Shown here piece by piece: positions 26,060 to 37,055 of a DNA stretch of 64,000 nt (within the stretch, counting starts at the first letter, position 1; each line of letters starts with the position of its first letter). The stretch comes from a bacterium (GTDB taxonomy: Bacteria > Patescibacteriota > Minisyncoccia > Moranbacterales > UBA2206). The notes below the pieces were generated by a model, which did not search any database, was not told the DNA's origin, and worked only from the letters and a program-made list of their open reading frames with translations. Location: positions 1,505 to 65,504 of the forward strand of contig JAKQLJ010000052.1 in NCBI GenBank assembly GCA_029567195.1, given 5' to 3'. The position numbers were made by a program, and so were the translations under genes.

Positions 26060-26473
26060 ATGGCTGACTTATTGTATAAAGATTTAAGTTATAATATACA
26101 AGGTGCTTTTATAGAAGTAAGGAAAAATTTTGGTCCAGGCCATAAGGAAATTGTTTATCAAAATGCTCTTCAAGAAGAGTTTGTAACTAGAGGAATATCA
26201 GTCGAAAAAGAAAAAAACATCAATATATATTCTCCTAAGACAGGAAAAAAGATGGGAAATTACAGGGTTGATTTTTTGGTCGATAGAAAGATCATAATTG
26301 AACTGAAAGCGATTGATTTATTGCCAAAAAATTTACTAGATCAGGTTTATAGTTATCTTAGAAATAGCGAGTATGAATTGGGATATTTTGTAAATTTCAA
26401 AAGTCCGAAGCTATATATAAAGAGGTTTATATATACCAATGGCAGGAAGCCATTTTTATCCAAAATTAGTTAA
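26060..26473 (+). CDS. GxxExxY family protein (PD-(D/E)xK fold)
   Basis: GPGHKEIVYQNAL carries the GxxExxY motif. VDFLVDRKIIIELKA is the nuclease-like core. Confidence 0.8.
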   Translation: MADLLYKDLSYNIQGAFIEVRKNFGPGHKEIVYQNALQEEFVTRGISVEKEKNINIYSPKTGKKMGNYRVDFLVDRKIIIELKAIDLLPKNLLDQVYSYLRNSEYELGYFVNFKSPKLYIKRFIYTNGRKPFLSKIS

Positions 26474-26507
26474 TTTTAGTAAATATTAGTTAAATTTAGT
26501 GTATTTT

Positions 26508-27917
26508 ATGAATAAATTTTACATCACCACCCCAATATATTACGTAAATGCAAAACCGCACATCGGCCATGCTTATACTACCATTGCGGCGGATGTTTTG
26601 GCGCGGTTTTATCGGCAACAACTGGGAAAAGAAAATGTATTTTTTCTCACTGGAACGGACGAGCATGGACAGAAAATTCAGAAAGTGGCAGAAAGCGCGG
26701 GAAAAAATCCCCAGGAATTTACTGATGAGATAGTGGCTCATTTCAAGGAGCTTTGGGACAAATTAGATATAAAATATGATAATTTTATCCGAACTACTGA
26801 TGAAAGCCATAAAAAAGCAGTGCAAAAAGTCCTGCAGACACTTTATGACAATGGAGCAATATATAAAGGAGAATATGAGGGATTATATTGCATTGGATGC
26901 GAACAATTTAAGAATGAGTCGGATCTGGTGGATGGCAAATGTCCAGATCATAATATTGTCCCGGAATTAATAAAAGAAGAAAGTTATCTCTTAAAATTAA
27001 CTGAGCTACAGCCGGAACTTATTAAAAAAATTGAAAGTGATGAATTCAAGCTAACTCCCGAAAAATATAAAAAAGAGATTTTGTCATTCTTAAAGAATCA
27101 AACTTTGCGAGATGTTTCAATTTCCAGAAAAAATGTTTCTTGGGGAATTCCATTGCCATTCGATCCGACGCACACCACTTATGTCTGGGCAGATGCATTT
27201 TTAAATTATCTAACCGGCCTTGACTGGGATGGAAACGAGAAAAAAATGCCAAAATTTTGGCCAGCCGATGTGCAGCTTATTGGAAAAGATATTCTTCGGG
27301 TTCACGCCACCATCTGGCCAGCTATGCTTATGCATCTGGGAGTGGAATTGCCCAAGATACTTTTTACTCACGGCCATATCCTTTCCGGCGGGAAGAAAAT
27401 GAGTAAAACTCTCGGAAATGCAATCTTAATCGATGAAATGTTAGAGATATTTGGTACAGATGGCACTCGTTATCTGCTTCTAAGCGCTGGAACATTTGGA
27501 GAAGATGTGGATGCGACGATGGAAAGACTGGTTGAAAAGTATAATGCTGATCTGGCAAATGGACTAGGGAATTTAGTTTCTAGAACGTTAAAATTAAGCG
27601 AAAAAATTAGCATAAAAATCGGAACAGAAAATCACGGTCTTTATACTGAAGATATAGTAAATAATCCAGAGATAGGTAAAGCCATTGATTTTGTCTGGAA
27701 TAATATTAAAAATCTTAATAAATATATAGAAGATAATAAACCATGGGAATTGGCTAAAACAGACACAATAAAGTTTGAAGATGTTATGAATAAATTAGTT
27801 CATGGTTTATATGACATATCGGAGGCTCTTATGCCTTTCATGCCTGAAACTTCGGAGAAAATAAAAAAAGCTTTAGAAACAAAAGAATCGGTGGCACTGT
27901 TTCCAAGGATAAAATAA
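26508..27917 (+). CDS. metG: methionine--tRNA ligase (short form)
   Basis: HIGH motif PHIGHAY, KMSKS motif KMSKTLGN, and zinc knuckle CIGCEQF..CPDH. Confidence 0.9.
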   Translation: MNKFYITTPIYYVNAKPHIGHAYTTIAADVLARFYRQQLGKENVFFLTGTDEHGQKIQKVAESAGKNPQEFTDEIVAHFKELWDKLDIKYDNFIRTTDESHKKAVQKVLQTLYDNGAIYKGEYEGLYCIGCEQFKNESDLVDGKCPDHNIVPELIKEESYLLKLTELQPELIKKIESDEFKLTPEKYKKEILSFLKNQTLRDVSISRKNVSWGIPLPFDPTHTTYVWADAFLNYLTGLDWDGNEKKMPKFWPADVQLIGKDILRVHATIWPAMLMHLGVELPKILFTHGHILSGGKKMSKTLGNAILIDEMLEIFGTDGTRYLLLSAGTFGEDVDATMERLVEKYNADLANGLGNLVSRTLKLSEKISIKIGTENHGLYTEDIVNNPEIGKAIDFVWNNIKNLNKYIEDNKPWELAKTDTIKFEDVMNKLVHGLYDISEALMPFMPETSEKIKKALETKESVALFPRIK

Positions 27918-27928
27918 CTCCTTATTTC

Positions 27929-28062
27929 GTCATTCTGAGTTCCGATTTGAAATCGGAACGAAGAATCTGCCAAGGGTTACCTAAAGTTTGGCTATTTAGA
28001 TAAAACTAGCGGTAACAAAAAATAGATCCTTCGCTCTCATATAAATTCGAGCTCAGGATGAC
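27929..28062. repeat. GTCAT...ATGAC nested-palindrome repeat, long form (copy D)
   Basis: CGTCATTCTGAG[hairpin]GAAGAATCT..GGTTACC...GCGGTAAC..AGATCCTTC[hairpin]CTCAGGATGACG. It fills the metG-tatD gap. Confidence 0.75.
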
Positions 28063-28071
28063 GGTTTTTTT

Positions 28072-28881
28072 ATGCTTATTGATACTCACGCCCATCTTAA
28101 TTTTTCCGCCTTCAAGGATGATCATGAGGAGGTGATAAAAAGATGCTCCGACACGAAAGTTGGAGTGATTAATGTTGGATCGGAATACAAAACGAGCAAG
28201 CGCGCGGTGGAGATGGCTGAAAAATATGACGGCCTTTGGGCGGTCGTCGGGCTTCACCCGATCCATCTTGGTTCTCAGGATTTTAAAGACAAGGAAGAGG
28301 GAATTGACATAAAATCAGCGGTAGAAAAATTTGAAGCGGAAAAATACAGGGAACTGGCTAAGAATAAAAAAGTAGTGGCGATCGGAGAGATGGGATTGGA
28401 TTTTTTTCACAACGATCAGAACAAAAACGAACAAGCAGAAACTTTCAAAGAAGGGATCGATCTGGCGGTCGAACTTGATCTGCCGGTAATGATCCATTGT
28501 CGGAAGGCCAACAATGAAGTAATTGAAATTTTGGAAGAAAAAAAGAAGGAATATGGTGAAAAGCTCAGGGGAGTGGTCCATTGTTTTTCTGGAAATCTCA
28601 AGCAGGCTGAAAGATACACGCAATTGGGTTTCATGCTGGGCTTTAATGGCATTATCACTTTTGCCCGGGATTATGATAAGGTTTTAAGAAATATAGGCAT
28701 AGAGCATATGGTAGTCGAGACCGACTGCCCGTATCTCACGCCAATTCCTCATCGAGGCGAACGGAATGAGCCGGCTTATGTCAGGTTTGTAGCGGAAAAA
28801 ATAGCTGAAATCAAGGGCGTAACTTTGGAGGAGATAGCCAAAGCAACCACCAAAAACGCCAAGTCCATGTTTAGGATATGA
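28072..28881 (+). CDS. tatD: TatD family metal-dependent hydrolase
   Basis: LIDTHAHLNF, GEMGLDF, VVHCFSG, VVETDCPYL. Confidence 0.9.
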   Translation: MLIDTHAHLNFSAFKDDHEEVIKRCSDTKVGVINVGSEYKTSKRAVEMAEKYDGLWAVVGLHPIHLGSQDFKDKEEGIDIKSAVEKFEAEKYRELAKNKKVVAIGEMGLDFFHNDQNKNEQAETFKEGIDLAVELDLPVMIHCRKANNEVIEILEEKKKEYGEKLRGVVHCFSGNLKQAERYTQLGFMLGFNGIITFARDYDKVLRNIGIEHMVVETDCPYLTPIPHRGERNEPAYVRFVAEKIAEIKGVTLEEIAKATTKNAKSMFRI

Positions 28882-28953
28882 AATTTAGTGCGGGGTTGAC
28901 TTTTTTGGAATTTTGATAGAAAATTAATAGTGGTTGCACGTTAGAGTAAGAAA

Positions 28954-29235
28954 ATGGAAGATAATAAAAACAATCCAAAAGCTCCATGGTGGCAGCCTAG
29001 TTTGTTACTTTTTACAAGGCTTTCCGGCTGGATTGCTGGACCTGTTATTCTGGCTGTTTTTGTTGGAAAATGGCTGGACAGGAAATACAATACCGAGCCT
29101 TGGTTATTTTTAATATTAGTAGGAATTGCTTTTTTTCTTTCAAGTTTCGGCATCATCCATGATTCGCTCAAAGAAATGAAGAGGATCGAGAAGGAAGAGA
29201 AAGAAAAAAAAGACGGGGAAAATAATAAACGATAG
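28954..29235 (+). CDS. AtpZ/AtpI-like small membrane protein
   Basis: Two TM helices (LSGWIAGPVILAVFVGKWLD, WLFLILVGIAFFLSSFGI). It sits immediately upstream of atpB. Confidence 0.6.
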   Translation: MEDNKNNPKAPWWQPSLLLFTRLSGWIAGPVILAVFVGKWLDRKYNTEPWLFLILVGIAFFLSSFGIIHDSLKEMKRIEKEEKEKKDGENNKR

Positions 29236-29240
29236 AATTT

Positions 29241-30089
29241 ATGACGGAAAATGCGGAACAAATGAATACGCAAGCCAATCAAGAGATCCAATCGGAAACA
29301 ACCTTGTTTGCCGAACCTGTTGGCACTTATCATCATTTTACTATCACCAATTCTTTGCTGACCAGTTGGATTGCAGTCGCCATTCTGGTCATTTTTTTTG
29401 TTTCGATCAAAAAAAAGATCAAAAAAATTCCGCGAGGCGTTCAAAACATATTCGAGTTAATCTTGGAACAAGCTCTGGAGCTGGCGGATAGCATAACGGG
29501 GGACCGTAAAAAATCAGAAAAATTCCTCCCTATCGCGCTAGCTCTTTTTCTATTCATTTTAGTGAATAATTGGCTGGGGCTTTTGCCGGGAATGGGAACA
29601 ATCGGCTTTATCGAATCTCACGGGGGGCACCCGATGTTCATCCCGCTTTTTAGAGGCGGAACAGCAGATATCAACACCACTCTGGCCCTCGCTCTTTTTG
29701 CAGTGATTGCTTCCCATATCATGGGAGTGATAATGATCGGAGCATGGCAACATTTCAACAAATTTATAAATATAAAATCATTCATAGCCATACCAGGAAA
29801 GATAAAAAAAGATTTTGCGGTGATTTTGGTAAATCCTATTCAGGCATTCGTCGGAATAATTGAATTTATTGGCGAGATTGCCAAAGTAGCTTCGTTGTCA
29901 TTCAGGTTATTTGGAAATATTTTTGCCGGAGAGGTCTTGCTTGCTTCTATGATGGCCCTTTTTGCTTATATTCTGCCATTACCGTTTATGTTTTTGGAAA
30001 TAATAGTCGGTTTGATTCAGGCTTTGATTTTTGCTATGCTGACATTGGTATTTATGACAATTGCCACCCAGAACCACGAAGAGCACTAG
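29241..30089 (+). CDS. atpB: F0F1 ATP synthase subunit a
   Basis: LSFRLFGNIFAGE contains the essential Arg. Polytopic membrane protein. Confidence 0.9.
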   Translation: MTENAEQMNTQANQEIQSETTLFAEPVGTYHHFTITNSLLTSWIAVAILVIFFVSIKKKIKKIPRGVQNIFELILEQALELADSITGDRKKSEKFLPIALALFLFILVNNWLGLLPGMGTIGFIESHGGHPMFIPLFRGGTADINTTLALALFAVIASHIMGVIMIGAWQHFNKFINIKSFIAIPGKIKKDFAVILVNPIQAFVGIIEFIGEIAKVASLSFRLFGNIFAGEVLLASMMALFAYILPLPFMFLEIIVGLIQALIFAMLTLVFMTIATQNHEEH

Positions 30090-30147
30090 GCTCATTTTTT
30101 ATTTGTTAATAATTAATTTAATTATTCCCGAGCGACTTTAAAAATAA

Positions 30148-30393
<246 letters not shown>

Positions 30394-30441
30394 TAGTTTT
30401 ACCTAGTCTCGTTTTCGAGATTAGGATAAGGTTATTATCAT

Positions 30442-30515
30442 GTCATCGCGAGCGAAGCGCGGCGATCTCATAAGTTAACAAGAGATTGCCACGTCGCTAC
30501 GCTCCTCGCAATGAC
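30442..30515. repeat. GTCAT...ATGAC nested-palindrome repeat (copy E, GAGCGAAGCG variant)
   Basis: GTCATCGCGAGCGAAGCGCGGCGATCT ... AGAGATTGCCACGTCGCTACGCTCCTCGCAATGAC, between atpE and atpF. Confidence 0.7.
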
Positions 30516-30523
30516 ACAATTTT

Positions 30524-31012
30524 ATGGAAGAACTAATAAAAACATTTCATATTGAAACCAACTTGCTTATTGCGCAGATTGTAAATTTTACCATCGTTCT
30601 TTTGGTGCTTTACAAATTTGCCTATAAGCCGATTTTAAAAACTCTTAACGAACGGACGTCAAAGATAGAAAAGGGCGTGAAAGACGCGGAAGAGGCAAAG
30701 AAAAAATTGGAAGAAGTATCGATCGAGGAAAAGGAAATTCTGAAAAAAGCGAAAATTGAGTCGCAAGAAATCATAAAAAAGGCCGAAGAAACAGCCAAAA
30801 AAGAAGCGGAGAATATTTCTGTGGAAGCCAAGAAACAGACGGAAAAAATGATTGTCGACGCGCAAAAATCGATCGAACAGGAAAAAGGCAAGATGATGGC
30901 GGAGGTGAAGTCAGAAATCGCAGGGCTGGTAGTGGCAGCAACTGAAAAATTAATTGGAGAAAAAATGAGTTCAGATAAAGATAAAGAGCTGGTAGAAAAA
31001 TCAATAAAATAA
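30524..31012 (+). CDS. atpF: F0F1 ATP synthase subunit b
   Basis: One N-terminal TM helix, then a long charged helix. Operon position fits. Confidence 0.85.
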   Translation: MEELIKTFHIETNLLIAQIVNFTIVLLVLYKFAYKPILKTLNERTSKIEKGVKDAEEAKKKLEEVSIEEKEILKKAKIESQEIIKKAEETAKKEAENISVEAKKQTEKMIVDAQKSIEQEKGKMMAEVKSEIAGLVVAATEKLIGEKMSSDKDKELVEKSIK

Positions 31013-31018
31013 ACAAGC

Positions 31019-31154
31019 GTCATCCTGAGCGTCGGTCGTGAAACCGACGAGAAGGATCTACTGAAAGTTATCAGGAGGTTAATAATTTATAGTAGGACCA
31101 ATGGTAACTCAAGGCAGATTCTTCGTCCGGCCCTTAGGCCGTCCTCAGAATGAC
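31019..31154. repeat. GTCAT...ATGAC nested-palindrome repeat, long form (copy F)
   Basis: CGTCATCCTGAG[GCGTCGGT..ACCGACGA]GAAGGATCT...GGTAAC..AGATTCTTC[..]CCTCAGAATGACG, between atpF and atpH. Confidence 0.75.
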
Positions 31155-31166
31155 GGAATTATAGAA

Positions 31167-31568
31167 ATGAAAGCGACAGCTACGCAATATGCTAAAACTT
31201 TATATGAATTGACGCGCGATAAAAGTCACAAGGAAGTTGATGAGGTAGTTTCTAATTTCACAAAAGAATTAGCAAGGAACGGACAAATGAAGCTGGCGAG
31301 TAATATTGTGGCAAAATTTGGCGAAGTGTATAACGCGGAGAACGGGATTGTGGAAGCGGAAGTGGTGACAAGAAGTGATATGAAACAAGCGACAAGTGAC
31401 AAGGTTGAGAAATTTATTAAAGAAAAATATGATGCGAAAAAGGTGGTTATTGAAAATATCATTGATGAGAAGATAAAAGGTGGGATTATCATAAAAATCG
31501 GGGATGAAATAATAGACGCAAGCGTTGACAGGCAATTAATGGAATTAAAGAAGGAATTACAAAAATAG
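31167..31568 (+). CDS. atpH: F0F1 ATP synthase subunit delta (short OSCP-like)
   Basis: MKATATQYAKTLYEL.. and C-terminal GGIIIKIGDEIIDASV. Start moved to the ATG at 31167, because the 22-codon extension in the ORF track is repeat copy F. Confidence 0.75.
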   Translation: MKATATQYAKTLYELTRDKSHKEVDEVVSNFTKELARNGQMKLASNIVAKFGEVYNAENGIVEAEVVTRSDMKQATSDKVEKFIKEKYDAKKVVIENIIDEKIKGGIIIKIGDEIIDASVDRQLMELKKELQK

Positions 31569-31571
31569 TCC

Positions 31572-31709
31572 GTCATTCTGAACAAGTCGCGTCTTGGCGG
31601 GACGCAGTGAAGAATCTACTAAAAGTTACCCGTAGTTTTATTATTAAATTAAAACTAGTGGTAACCTCGGGCAGATCCTTCGTCTGGTCCAAGCCCTCCT
31701 CAGGATGAC
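31572..31709. repeat. GTCAT...ATGAC nested-palindrome repeat, long form (copy G)
   Basis: CGTCATTCTGAAC[AAGTCGCGTC..GGGACGCAGT]GAAGAATCT..AGTTACC...GTGGTAAC..AGATCCTTC[..]CTCAGGATGACG. Confidence 0.75.
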
Positions 31710-31818
31710 GGGCATGAAGTTCTTTGGAAAAATAAAAAAAGCCGCCACATTTCGCATGAAAGCGAAAAATGACGGGCAAGATGTTGAACCTGCTTTATAC
31801 TTGCAAACACTCTTATAA

Positions 31819-32088
31819 TCAATGGATCTTGATTTTCTCGACTTCTAGTAAGTATTTGTTTTTCTCGAAAATCACTTCTCCGGATACCGTAATGGTATGC
31901 TTGGAAAAGAACGATTTGAAAGGGGGCAAGTATTCCTGCCAATTTTTAAGGACCACTTCTCCAAAGGGCTGAATAAAAACGTAACCGATCATTTGGTCCT
32001 CATTCAATTCAGCTTCTAGTGGTCTCACAGTTTCGTTTGTCCAGTATGCCTCCAATAAGCACTCAGAAATCTTCATGTTCTTCTCCAT
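31819..32088 (-). CDS. hypothetical 89-aa protein, antisense to the atp operon
   Basis: It is the only long ORF in the ~840-bp atpH-atpA gap. A hairpin and T-run follow on the minus strand near 31730-31760. No family recognised and the RBS is weak. Confidence 0.4.
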   Translation of the reverse strand: MEKNMKISECLLEAYWTNETVRPLEAELNEDQMIGYVFIQPFGEVVLKNWQEYLPPFKSFFSKHTITVSGEVIFEKNKYLLEVEKIKIH

Positions 32089-32290
32089 TACTCGATTTAA
32101 CCACCAACCGAGCTAAGGGCAAGAATTAAAGAACCGTATAATGGCTTAAATATTAATTTAATATTGCAACCGTCAATTATAGCACATTTTATCCAAAAAA
32201 TCAAGTGTTTGAATGCTGATTACTGAATATTGGCTAATATAAGCCGTAGATGGTGATTAGTATTTAATAAAGTAAATTTCAATATCCATT

Positions 32291-32407
32291 TCCTCTCAGA
32301 TGAGGGGAAATGTCCCGGAGGGACAAAGGGGAGCTGAAAGATTGTAAACAAATTATAATTTTTCAACTCCTCCCCTTTAATTCCCCTCCTCATCTGAGGA
32401 GGGGAGG
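32291..32407. repeat. CCCTC-type inverted-repeat element abutting the atpA start
   Basis: TCCTCTCAGATGAGGGGAAAT faces AATTCCCCTCCTCATCTGAGGAGGGG. Each arm is itself a hairpin, and the right arm supplies the GGAGG before the atpA ATG. Confidence 0.6.
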
Positions 32408-32410
32408 ATA

Positions 32411-33937
32411 ATGAAGAAGATATTTTTTATGCAAAAAGACTACATAATCGAACAACTAAAAAAACAAATCGAAGGTTTTGAGACAAAAGCCAAAACCGAA
32501 AAAATCGGAACGGTCATGGAGATTGGAGACGGCGTGGCCAGAATCACGGGTCTCGCCGAAGCCATGGCTTCGGAAATGTTGGAATTTTCCAATGGCCAAT
32601 TTGGTGTGGCGCTAAACTTAGAGGAAGACCGGGTAGGTGCGATGGTTTTAGGAGATTATACCGGCATTAAAGAAGGAGATACGGTAAAATCAACCGGAAA
32701 AATTTTATCAGTTCCTGTGGGAGAAAATTTTATTGGCCGTGTAATCAATCCTTTGGGGGAGCCTCTGGACGGCAAGGGGGAAATAAAAAGCGAAAAATTC
32801 TATCCGATTGAAAAAATTGCGCCGGGAGTTATTACCCGTCAGGGAGTTCATCAACCGGTGCAGACCGGAATAAAAGCGATTGATGCTATGATTCCGATAG
32901 GACGTGGACAGCGAGAGCTTATTATCGGCGACCGGCAAACTGGGAAAACTGCTATTGCCATTGATACAATTATCAATCAAAAGGGTCAAGATATGATCTG
33001 TATTTATGTAGCCGTTGGCCAAAAAGAATCAAAAGTGGCAAGAATCGTAGCGGAACTGGAAAAACACGGCGCCATGGAATATACGACAGTTGTTTTGGCC
33101 GGAGCGTCTGATCCAGCCCCGCTTTCCTTTATTGCTCCGTATTCTGGTTGTGCGCTCGGCGAATATTTTATGGATCAAGGGAAAGATGTTTTGGTGGTTT
33201 ATGATGATTTGTCGAGGCATGCCTGGGCATATCGTCAGATATCACTGATTTTAAGACGTCCACCGGGGCGAGAAGCTTATCCGGGAGATATTTTTTATCT
33301 TCATTCCCGCCTGCTTGAACGAAGTGCCAAATTGAATAAAGATTTTGGCGGCGGATCCTTGACTGCTCTTCCTATAATCGAAACTCAGGCTGGTGATGTC
33401 AGCGCTTACATTCCAACTAATGTTATTTCCATTACTGACGGGCAGATATATCTGGAAGCCGATTTGTTTTATAAAGGAGTTCGTCCGGCGTTAAATGTCG
33501 GTATCTCTGTTTCCCGTGTTGGGTCTGACGCGCAAATAAAAGCGATGAAAAAAGTGGCTGGAAAATTGAAATTGGATATGGCTCAATTCAGAGAACTGGA
33601 AGCCTTTGCGCAGTTTGGGTCAGATCTTGATGAAAAGACAAGGAAAACAATTGAGCAGGGAAGAAGAACGATGGAAGTTTTGAAGCAAGGGCAATATGAA
33701 CCGATGCCGGTAGAAAACCAAGTAGCGATTATTTATGCGGTAAATAATGGACTTTTGGATGATGTGGAAGTTTCCGAGATAAGAGATTGGGAAAGAGATT
33801 TCCATAAGTATCTTAAGAGCTCGCAGAAAGATGTTTTGAAACTGATAGCTGACAAAAAGGAATTGAGTGATGACGTGGTTTCAAAACTCGAAAAAGCGAT
33901 AAAAGAGTTTAAGGAAGTTTATCAAGGCAATCGCTAA
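32411..33937 (+). CDS. atpA: F0F1 ATP synthase subunit alpha
   Basis: Walker A GDRQTGKT. Strong similarity along the full length, for example [22 protein letters not shown]. Confidence 0.95.
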   Translation: MKKIFFMQKDYIIEQLKKQIEGFETKAKTEKIGTVMEIGDGVARITGLAEAMASEMLEFSNGQFGVALNLEEDRVGAMVLGDYTGIKEGDTVKSTGKILSVPVGENFIGRVINPLGEPLDGKGEIKSEKFYPIEKIAPGVITRQGVHQPVQTGIKAIDAMIPIGRGQRELIIGDRQTGKTAIAIDTIINQKGQDMICIYVAVGQKESKVARIVAELEKHGAMEYTTVVLAGASDPAPLSFIAPYSGCALGEYFMDQGKDVLVVYDDLSRHAWAYRQISLILRRPPGREAYPGDIFYLHSRLLERSAKLNKDFGGGSLTALPIIETQAGDVSAYIPTNVISITDGQIYLEADLFYKGVRPALNVGISVSRVGSDAQIKAMKKVAGKLKLDMAQFRELEAFAQFGSDLDEKTRKTIEQGRRTMEVLKQGQYEPMPVENQVAIIYAVNNGLLDDVEVSEIRDWERDFHKYLKSSQKDVLKLIADKKELSDDVVSKLEKAIKEFKEVYQGNR

Positions 33938-33938
33938 A

Positions 33939-34057
33939 AGAATTTAGAATTGCGAATTGAGAATTTAGAGTGAGAATTAAGAATAATGAATCTAGAAATA
34001 TATTCTTTTGGATCATTATTCAAAATTCCAGATACTAAATTCTAAATTCTATTTAAT
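33939..34057. repeat. AT-rich inverted-repeat element (GAATTTAGAATT type)
   Basis: The left arm AGAATTTAGAATTGCGAATTGAGAATTTAGAG..AATAATGAATC mirrors the right arm GATCATTATT..CTAAATTCTAAATTCT. Confidence 0.6.
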
Positions 34058-35020
34058 ATGGCTAACAACACCAAAGAAATAAGAAGAAGGATAAAATCCA
34101 TCAATAGCACGAAAAAAATCACTCGGGCTATGGAGATGGTTAGTGCTGCCAAAATGCGGCGGGCAGTTTCGGCTGTAACAGCAATCCGTCCTTATGCCCA
34201 CAGCGCTTGGAGCGTGCTTACCAATTTGGCACGGGCTTTTACTGAATATAATGAAGGGCTGTTGGAAGTTCGGGAAGTAAAAAGTGTTTTAGTGGTGGCT
34301 ATTTCTACCAATCGCGGACTTTGTGGATCATATAATACCAATTTGTTTAAAAAAATCCGTTATGAATTGGCTAATCCGGAACGTTTGAAAATAAACCGGA
34401 CAGTAACCAGAAAAATCGAGTCGAAAATAACAAATGCAGAATTGAATATTGATTTTATTACCATTGGAAAAAAAGGCGATGCTATGATTAAAAAATTCGG
34501 AAAAAATATCATAGCGTCTTTTCCTGACCTGGCTTATCATCCAAAGCCGGAAGATGTCCGTCCGCTAGCCAAAATAATTATGGAAGAATATCTCAAGAAA
34601 AATTATGATAAGGTGGTGGTGGTTTATACCGATTTTGTTTCTGCTATCAATCAGCAAACTAAAATTCGCCAAATATTGCCTGTTTCCAAAGTGGATATTG
34701 AAAAACAAATTGCGGAAATGGATATTCATGCGCGTGAAATCGGACTCAGGGAGCCAAAATTAGAATATAAAATTGAGCCAAGCCCGTCTGAAGTTTTGGA
34801 ACATGTTTTCCCTCGTTTGATTGAAATGCAGATTTATCATGCTATTCAGGAATCTAACGCTTCCAAGGAATCAGCTCGAATGATGGCGATGAGAAATGCG
34901 ACTGATGCGGCAGGAGATATGTCGGCCGAACTCACCCTTGCCTATAACCAAATCAGGCAGTCAAAGATTACGCAGGAAATTGCGGAAATTTCAGCCGGGG
35001 CGGCAGCACTTGAAAATTAA
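34058..35020 (+). CDS. atpG: F0F1 ATP synthase subunit gamma
   Basis: N-terminal IRRRIKSINSTKKITRAMEMVSAAKMRRA and C-terminal ITQEIAEISAGAAAL. Confidence 0.9.
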   Translation: MANNTKEIRRRIKSINSTKKITRAMEMVSAAKMRRAVSAVTAIRPYAHSAWSVLTNLARAFTEYNEGLLEVREVKSVLVVAISTNRGLCGSYNTNLFKKIRYELANPERLKINRTVTRKIESKITNAELNIDFITIGKKGDAMIKKFGKNIIASFPDLAYHPKPEDVRPLAKIIMEEYLKKNYDKVVVVYTDFVSAINQQTKIRQILPVSKVDIEKQIAEMDIHAREIGLREPKLEYKIEPSPSEVLEHVFPRLIEMQIYHAIQESNASKESARMMAMRNATDAAGDMSAELTLAYNQIRQSKITQEIAEISAGAAALEN

Positions 35021-35022
35021 TC

Positions 35023-35161
35023 GTCATTCTGAACATTGTTTATAAAAACAATGTGAAGAATCTGTTAAAAGTTACCAATAGCTCTATATTAGTAAAATTA
35101 AAACTAGTGGTAATTTCAGGCAGATCCTTCATCCAAACCCCTGGTTTGTCCTCAGGATGAC
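35023..35161. repeat. GTCAT...ATGAC nested-palindrome repeat, long form (copy H)
   Basis: CGTCATTCTGAAC[ATTGTTTATAAAAACAATGT]GAAGAATCT..AGTTACC...GTGGTAAT..AGATCCTTC[..]CTCAGGATGACG, directly after the atpG stop. Confidence 0.75.
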
Positions 35162-35462
35162 GGCATTAAAATTAAAAAATTGTTCTTTGGAAAATAGAAA
35201 AGCCCCAAAGGGGGCCAAAAAAGGGTAAGCGAAAAAGATGTTTGTCGCTAAAGATTTGCGACAATGGCCATGATTATTCCGAAAAGAACTAAGACTTTCC
35301 AGCCATAAACCAACAATCCAATTACCTCCTTTCACTGCTTAATAACAAGTGTGTTATGAAAGCATAAACCAGAAAGGCTGGAGGTGTCAAATTGATTATC
35401 GACCATTGGTTATTAAAATTATTAATCAATAGTCAATAATTAATTATTCGAATTTTACAATT

Positions 35463-37046
<1,584 letters not shown>

Positions 37047-37055
37047 CTGGTTATC

